Source of the DNA: a virus
Length of the DNA stretch: 12,555 bases
Virus genome (UHGV): UHGV-0136485
Reading direction: 5' to 3' (one strand)
The position numbers were made by a program, and so were the translations under genes. The notes under the pieces were generated by a model. It had not been told where the DNA came from. It did no database searches and saw nothing but the letters and a program-made list of their open reading frames with translations. Of this stretch, positions 8,235 to 12,555 are shown piece by piece; the stretch's first letter is position 1; each line of letters starts with the position of its first letter.

Positions 8235-8789
8235 TTGAAACAGCTCACACCTAAGCAGGAACTGTTCTGCAGGGAATATTTAAAAGATTTAAACGCCACT
8301 CAGGCAGCTATCAGGGCGGGCTACAGCGAGAAAACTGCTCGCGCCACTGGTAGCGAGAACCTGTCAAAACCTGACATAGCAGATCGCATTGCTGAGCTAA
8401 AGGCTGAACGCAATGAAGAGGTAGGTATAGACGCTGCCTATGTATTGCGACGGCTGACTGAAATCGATCAGATGGACGTGCTGGATATCCTGCTTGCCAA
8501 TGGCGAACTGAAGCCGATTAAAGACTGGCCTAAGGTGTGGCGTACAACGCTATCAGGAATGGATGTCGTCGAGATGGCATCAGCAGATAGTGCTGCTCTC
8601 CTGAAGAAAATCAAATGGCCTGATAAGGTTAAAAACCTTGAGTTGCTCGGGCGTCATGTTTCTGTTCAGGCGTTTAAAGACAACGTCAAAAATGAAGTGA
8701 CTGGTGCTGACGGAGGACCAGTCAGAACAGAAATTACCAACTTAACGCCGGAGCAGGCTGCAGAGGCGTATAGAAAAATGATGGGCTAA
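8235..8789 (+). CDS. Terminase small subunit (Terminase_2-like)
   Basis: N-terminus [48 protein letters not shown] fits the terminase small-subunit DNA-binding domain. Start is uncertain: TTG 8235 has a GGAGG 6 nt upstream; in-frame ATGs at 8217 and 8184 would overlap the HNH gene by 17 or 50 nt. Confidence 0.8.
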   Translation: MKQLTPKQELFCREYLKDLNATQAAIRAGYSEKTARATGSENLSKPDIADRIAELKAERNEEVGIDAAYVLRRLTEIDQMDVLDILLANGELKPIKDWPKVWRTTLSGMDVVEMASADSAALLKKIKWPDKVKNLELLGRHVSVQAFKDNVKNEVTGADGGPVRTEITNLTPEQAAEAYRKMMG

Positions 8790-8791
8790 GT

Positions 8792-10414
8792 ATGCCGTTA
8801 CCATTCCCCTTCGATTTTAAACATCCTGATTACCAGATGGTTTTTGAATGGCGGATGGAACGCCTACAGCGCATTCGCCAGAATCCTGAAATATTGCCTG
8901 CACTAAAACAGTTTTACCGAACCAATCCGGCTCAGTTCATCATCGACTGGGGCATGACAACGGACCCGCGTAATATTGATTATGGCCTGCCGGTGACCAT
9001 TCCGTTTTTACTCTTCCCTAAGCAGGAGGAGTGGATCCACTGGATTATGGAACGCTGGGGTAATCGGGAGAATGGTATTACCGAAAAATCCCGTGAAATG
9101 GGGCTCAGTTGGACCGCGATCGGGCTGGCATGCTCGCTTTGTCTCTTCAACAAAGAAATGGTTATCGGTTTCGGCTCCCGTAAAGAGGAATACGTCGACA
9201 GCACCGGTGACCCGAAAGCATTGTTCTGGAAGGCGCGCAAGTTCGTGGAAACACTACCTGTAGAGTTTCGTGGTTCGTGGGACGAGAAGAAGCATGCGCC
9301 GTATATGCGCGTTGAGTTTCCAGATACTGGTGCCGTTATCAAAGGCGAGGCTGGCGACAATATCGGACGTGGTGACCGTACCACGCTTTATCTGGTTGAT
9401 GAGGCTGCATTCCTTCAGCGTCCTCTGCTGATTGATGCGGCGTTGTCACAAACGACGCGTTGCCGTATTGACCTGAGTTCAGTTAACGGCATGGCGAACC
9501 CGTTCGCTCAGAAGCGTCATGGCGGGAAGATACCGGTATTCACATTCCACTGGCGGGATGATCCTCGCAAGGATGAAGAGTGGTATCGCAGGGAATGCGA
9601 GAAAATCGATAATCCGGTGGTGGTGGCACAGGAACTTGATCTGAACTACAGCGCATCAGCGGAAGGCGTCCTGATTCCATCCGAATGGGTACAGGCTGCC
9701 GTTGATGCGCATATCAAACTGGGTATCCAGCCAACAGGCAAACGACTTGGCGCGATGGATGTCGCCGACGAAGGCAGGGACAAAAATGCCTTTTCCACCC
9801 GTCACGGCTTCCTCCTGGAGAACGTGCGGGAATGGTCTGGTGTGGGCAGCGACATTTATCAGTCCGTCGAGAAGGTTTTCGGCTTTTGCGAACAGGACAA
9901 CCTCGAAGAGTTTCGCTTTGACGAGGACGGGCTGGGCGCTGGCGTTCGCGGCGATGCACGCGCTATCAACGAACTGCGTAACGCTGCGCGCCGACCGTCA
10001 ATACTCGCCACACCGTTTCGAGGTAGTGGCGCGGTATTTGATCCGGACGACGAAGCGGTGCGCGGTGACAACGGACAGGCCGCCCGCCTGAACAAGGACT
10101 TCTTCGCTAACGCCAAAGCCCAGAGCTGGTGGCGGTTACGTAAACTTTTTCAGAATACCTGGCGCGCCGTGGTTGAAGGTATGGATTACAACCCGGACGA
10201 AATCATCTCAATCAGCAGTAGCATGGCACTCAAAGATAAACTCATCATCGAGCTTTCGCAGCCGACCTATTCCATTAATGGTGTGGGAAAAATCGTTATT
10301 GATAAACAGCCTGATGGAACCCGGTCGCCAAACCTTGCCGACTCGGTGATGATCAGCTACGCGCCAATGAATTCAGCCCTGAACATCTGGGAGCTGCTAG
10401 GGAGACAGGCCTGA
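8792..10414 (+). CDS. Terminase large subunit (ATPase/nuclease), 540 aa
   Basis: Position directly after the small subunit and typical size. Deviant P-loop-like KSREMGLS (compare lambda gpA-type KSxxxGxS) and Walker B-like LYLVDEAAF. Assignment is by context and motifs. Confidence 0.8.
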   Translation: MPLPFPFDFKHPDYQMVFEWRMERLQRIRQNPEILPALKQFYRTNPAQFIIDWGMTTDPRNIDYGLPVTIPFLLFPKQEEWIHWIMERWGNRENGITEKSREMGLSWTAIGLACSLCLFNKEMVIGFGSRKEEYVDSTGDPKALFWKARKFVETLPVEFRGSWDEKKHAPYMRVEFPDTGAVIKGEAGDNIGRGDRTTLYLVDEAAFLQRPLLIDAALSQTTRCRIDLSSVNGMANPFAQKRHGGKIPVFTFHWRDDPRKDEEWYRRECEKIDNPVVVAQELDLNYSASAEGVLIPSEWVQAAVDAHIKLGIQPTGKRLGAMDVADEGRDKNAFSTRHGFLLENVREWSGVGSDIYQSVEKVFGFCEQDNLEEFRFDEDGLGAGVRGDARAINELRNAARRPSILATPFRGSGAVFDPDDEAVRGDNGQAARLNKDFFANAKAQSWWRLRKLFQNTWRAVVEGMDYNPDEIISISSSMALKDKLIIELSQPTYSINGVGKIVIDKQPDGTRSPNLADSVMISYAPMNSALNIWELLGRQA

Positions 10415-11880
10415 TGGCACGAAACAAACAAGCCCTGCGGAGAACTGCGCAGGCCACCGCTGATGGCTATGAGAACTTTGTCGCCCGCGTGGGAATGCAG
10501 ACGCCTAACCAGCACTCAGCATCGACCTACCGGGCTAACTTCACCAGCCGCAACCGCATGCTGGTGGAATGGTCCTATCGTTCGTCCTGGATCATCGGCG
10601 AAGCGGTCGACGCTATCCCGGATGATATGACCCGCAAAGGCATTCGCATCACTTCGGAAATTGATGCAAAAGATCGTGGCATTCTCGAATCACAACTGGA
10701 TGAGTTGCAAATCTGGGATGCGCTGAACGACGTGCTGAAATGGTCTCGCCTCTACGGCGGCGCGGTCGGCTTCATCATGATCGAGGGGCAGGCACCAATG
10801 ACCCCGCTGCGGCTCGAAACCATTGGAGAAGGCAAGTTTAAGGGCATTCTCCCGCTCGACCGCTGGATGATTAACCCGGTCCTGACCCGCCGCATTAAAG
10901 AGATGGGGCCAGATCTCGGCAAACCTGAGTTTTACGACGTGGTGACCACTGCAACGGGCATCCCGGCCTGGCGCATCCATCACAGCCGCCTGATTCGCTT
11001 CGACGGGGTGACGCTGCCATTCCAGCAGAAGATGACCGAAAACGAATGGGGAATGTCGGTTGTAGAGCGTATCTGGGATCGGCTTACTGCGTTCGACAGC
11101 GCCACTGTCGGCGCGGCGCAGCTGGTCTACAAAGCGCATTTGCGTACCTACAGCGTGGAGAAGCTACGCGAGCTTATCGCACTTGGTGGTCCTGCGTATG
11201 AAGCGTTGCTGAAGAATATCGACCTGATTCGACAGTTCCAGAGCAATGAAGGCATGACGCTCATGGACTCGCGGGATAAGTTCGAAACCCACCAGTACAG
11301 CTTTAGTGGTCTGGATGACATCCTTTCACAGTTTGCAGAACAGATTAGTGGCGCTGTTGGTATCCCGCTGGTGCGCCTTTTCGGGCAGTCCCCGAAAGGC
11401 TTCTCTACCGGTGACGCAGACCTCGCCAACTATTACGACCGGGTGAGCTCGTTGCAGGAACGCCGCTTACGGCTGCCGATGCGTCGGATACTGGACATCA
11501 TGCATCGTTCGGAGCTTGGCAAGCCGCTGCCGGACGATTTCACGTTTGAGTTTAACCCGCTCTGGCAAATGTCTGACGTTGACCGCTCAACGGTGGCCGT
11601 AAATACCACCACCGCAATCAGCACCGCGCTGGGCGACGGATTGATGACGCGTAAGGCGGCAATGACCGACCTACGCGAAAACTCTGATGTCACCGGCATC
11701 GGGGCATCTATTACCGACGAGGATATCGAGAATGCCGAAGACGAAGCGCCGCCAGGCATCGGCGAACTTGACGACAAACCGCCAGAGCCGCCAGGCGGAG
11801 ATCCGATATCGAACGAGCCTACGGCAGATAGCGCGGGCGGTCGGAGACATCGTAAATGGTCGCTACGATGGTTCAAATGA
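10414..11880 (+). CDS. Portal protein (DUF1073-like), 488 aa
   Basis: ATG overlaps the terminase large-subunit stop (TGATGG). Size and position after terminase fit a portal. Acidic/Pro-rich C-terminal tail (DEDIENAEDEAPPGIGELDDKPPEPPGGD). Confidence 0.75.
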   Translation: MARNKQALRRTAQATADGYENFVARVGMQTPNQHSASTYRANFTSRNRMLVEWSYRSSWIIGEAVDAIPDDMTRKGIRITSEIDAKDRGILESQLDELQIWDALNDVLKWSRLYGGAVGFIMIEGQAPMTPLRLETIGEGKFKGILPLDRWMINPVLTRRIKEMGPDLGKPEFYDVVTTATGIPAWRIHHSRLIRFDGVTLPFQQKMTENEWGMSVVERIWDRLTAFDSATVGAAQLVYKAHLRTYSVEKLRELIALGGPAYEALLKNIDLIRQFQSNEGMTLMDSRDKFETHQYSFSGLDDILSQFAEQISGAVGIPLVRLFGQSPKGFSTGDADLANYYDRVSSLQERRLRLPMRRILDIMHRSELGKPLPDDFTFEFNPLWQMSDVDRSTVAVNTTTAISTALGDGLMTRKAAMTDLRENSDVTGIGASITDEDIENAEDEAPPGIGELDDKPPEPPGGDPISNEPTADSAGGRRHRKWSLRWFK

Positions 11881-12505
11881 CAGTATCACGGAAATTATTG
11901 AGGCGCTGGAACGCTACAGTGAAATCATCACCCCCTGGGCGACAAAGGTCGCGGAAAACTTTACTGCGGACCTAACCCGGCAGAACGAGAAAGTTTGGCG
12001 GCAACACAGCAAGAACATCAGTCGCGAGCTCCGCAATCTTGTGGAAAGCGCTCCTGTGGGCCAGGTGATGCAATCCATCATCGCCGAACAGGTCAAGTAC
12101 ATCAAATCGCTCCCCCTCGAGGCGGCTGACAGGGTGTACGACATCCAGAATCGGGCGATAGAAGCTGTTGTGACCGGTGGGAGAGCAGAACATTTTGCTA
12201 AAGAAATAGCCGCATCGGGTGATATAGCAAAGTCCAGAGCTGACCTGATTGCCCGTACTGAACTTGGACGTGCAACCGGCGCGCTGGATCAGGCGCGTGC
12301 GCTGTCAATTGGTTCGAATGGTTATATTTGGCGTACAGCCGAAGATGGTGACGTCAGGCATTCTCATCGGGAAATGGAAGGTAAATTTGTCGAATGGGGC
12401 AAACCTCCAACGCTTGACGGCATGACCGGTCACGCTGGCGAGCTCCCGAATTGTCGTTGTTATAAAGAAATCGTTTTTCCCAACCCTCATTCTTATCTCG
12501 CCTGA
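11732..12505 (+). CDS. Head morphogenesis protein, Mu F / SPP1 gp7 family
   Basis: C-terminal conserved MuF-type region (GYIWRTAEDGDVRHSHREMEGKFVEW...HAGELPNCRCY). ATG 11732 has GAGGA 8 nt upstream; the alternative ATG at 11687 has no RBS. Either start overlaps the portal 3' end out of frame. Confidence 0.75.
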   Translation: MPKTKRRQASANLTTNRQSRQAEIRYRTSLRQIARAVGDIVNGRYDGSNDSITEIIEALERYSEIITPWATKVAENFTADLTRQNEKVWRQHSKNISRELRNLVESAPVGQVMQSIIAEQVKYIKSLPLEAADRVYDIQNRAIEAVVTGGRAEHFAKEIAASGDIAKSRADLIARTELGRATGALDQARALSIGSNGYIWRTAEDGDVRHSHREMEGKFVEWGKPPTLDGMTGHAGELPNCRCYKEIVFPNPHSYLA

Positions 12506-12519
12506 ATCGCAGGTAAACC

Positions 12520-12555
12520 ATGAAATATTTTTTCAATACCAGGCTGGGGGAAACC
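12520..12555 (+). CDS. 5' end of the next ORF (partial, MKYFFNTRLGET...), function unknown
   Basis: ATG at 12520 with AGGT 5 nt upstream, open to the window end. Only 12 codons are visible. Confidence 0.3.
   Translation, partial: MKYFFNTRLGET

Noticed and set aside
8980-11876. ORFs inside the terminase large-subunit and portal genes in alternate frames or antisense (8980-9384, 9702-10091, 9714-9959, 9859-10116, 10690-11139, 11148-11429, 11433-11876)
   Set aside because: Their products are Arg/Ala/Ser/Pro-rich, as expected for off-frame reading of GC-rich coding sequence, and they are embedded in genes with strong motif support.
1-12555. CRISPR arrays, integrase or att sites, insertion sequences, and canonical defence systems (restriction-modification, toxin-antitoxin, Abi, reverse transcriptase)
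   Set aside because: I saw no repeat-spacer array, recombinase or transposase motif, or methyltransferase/ATPase/RT signature. All sizeable ORFs are accounted for by phage replication, nin, lysis and packaging functions, apart from the KilA-N cassette discussed in the findings.

Overview
This window reads as the right-arm (late) region of a mosaic lambdoid prophage from an enterobacterium, with every supported gene on the + strand. Order: 3' end of an upstream replication gene; DnaB-type replicative helicase; tR2-like terminator; nin region (ninB, ninD, ninE, ninF, one extra 89-aa ORF, ninG, ninH, ninI phosphatase); lambda-type Q antiterminator; pR'/qut promoter and a close-by tR'-like terminator; lysis cassette (S holin with dual start, R endolysin, Rz with embedded Rz1); intrinsic terminator; a two-gene cassette (KilA-N-like protein plus 85-aa protein); a 356-bp non-coding spacer; HNH endonuclease overlapping the terminase small subunit; terminase large subunit; portal; MuF-like head morphogenesis protein; and the first codons of a further gene. 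Gene identities from helicase to R rest on my recognition of lambda/P22 protein sequences and motifs, not on a database search. I found no CRISPR array, tRNA, integrase, transposase or recognisable defence system. The places most worth a second look are the KilA-N cassette between lysis and packaging, a cosN-like motif just after Rz, the extra nin-region ORF, the HNH-terminase junction and the long portal/MuF overlap. None of these can be called a new system from sequence alone.
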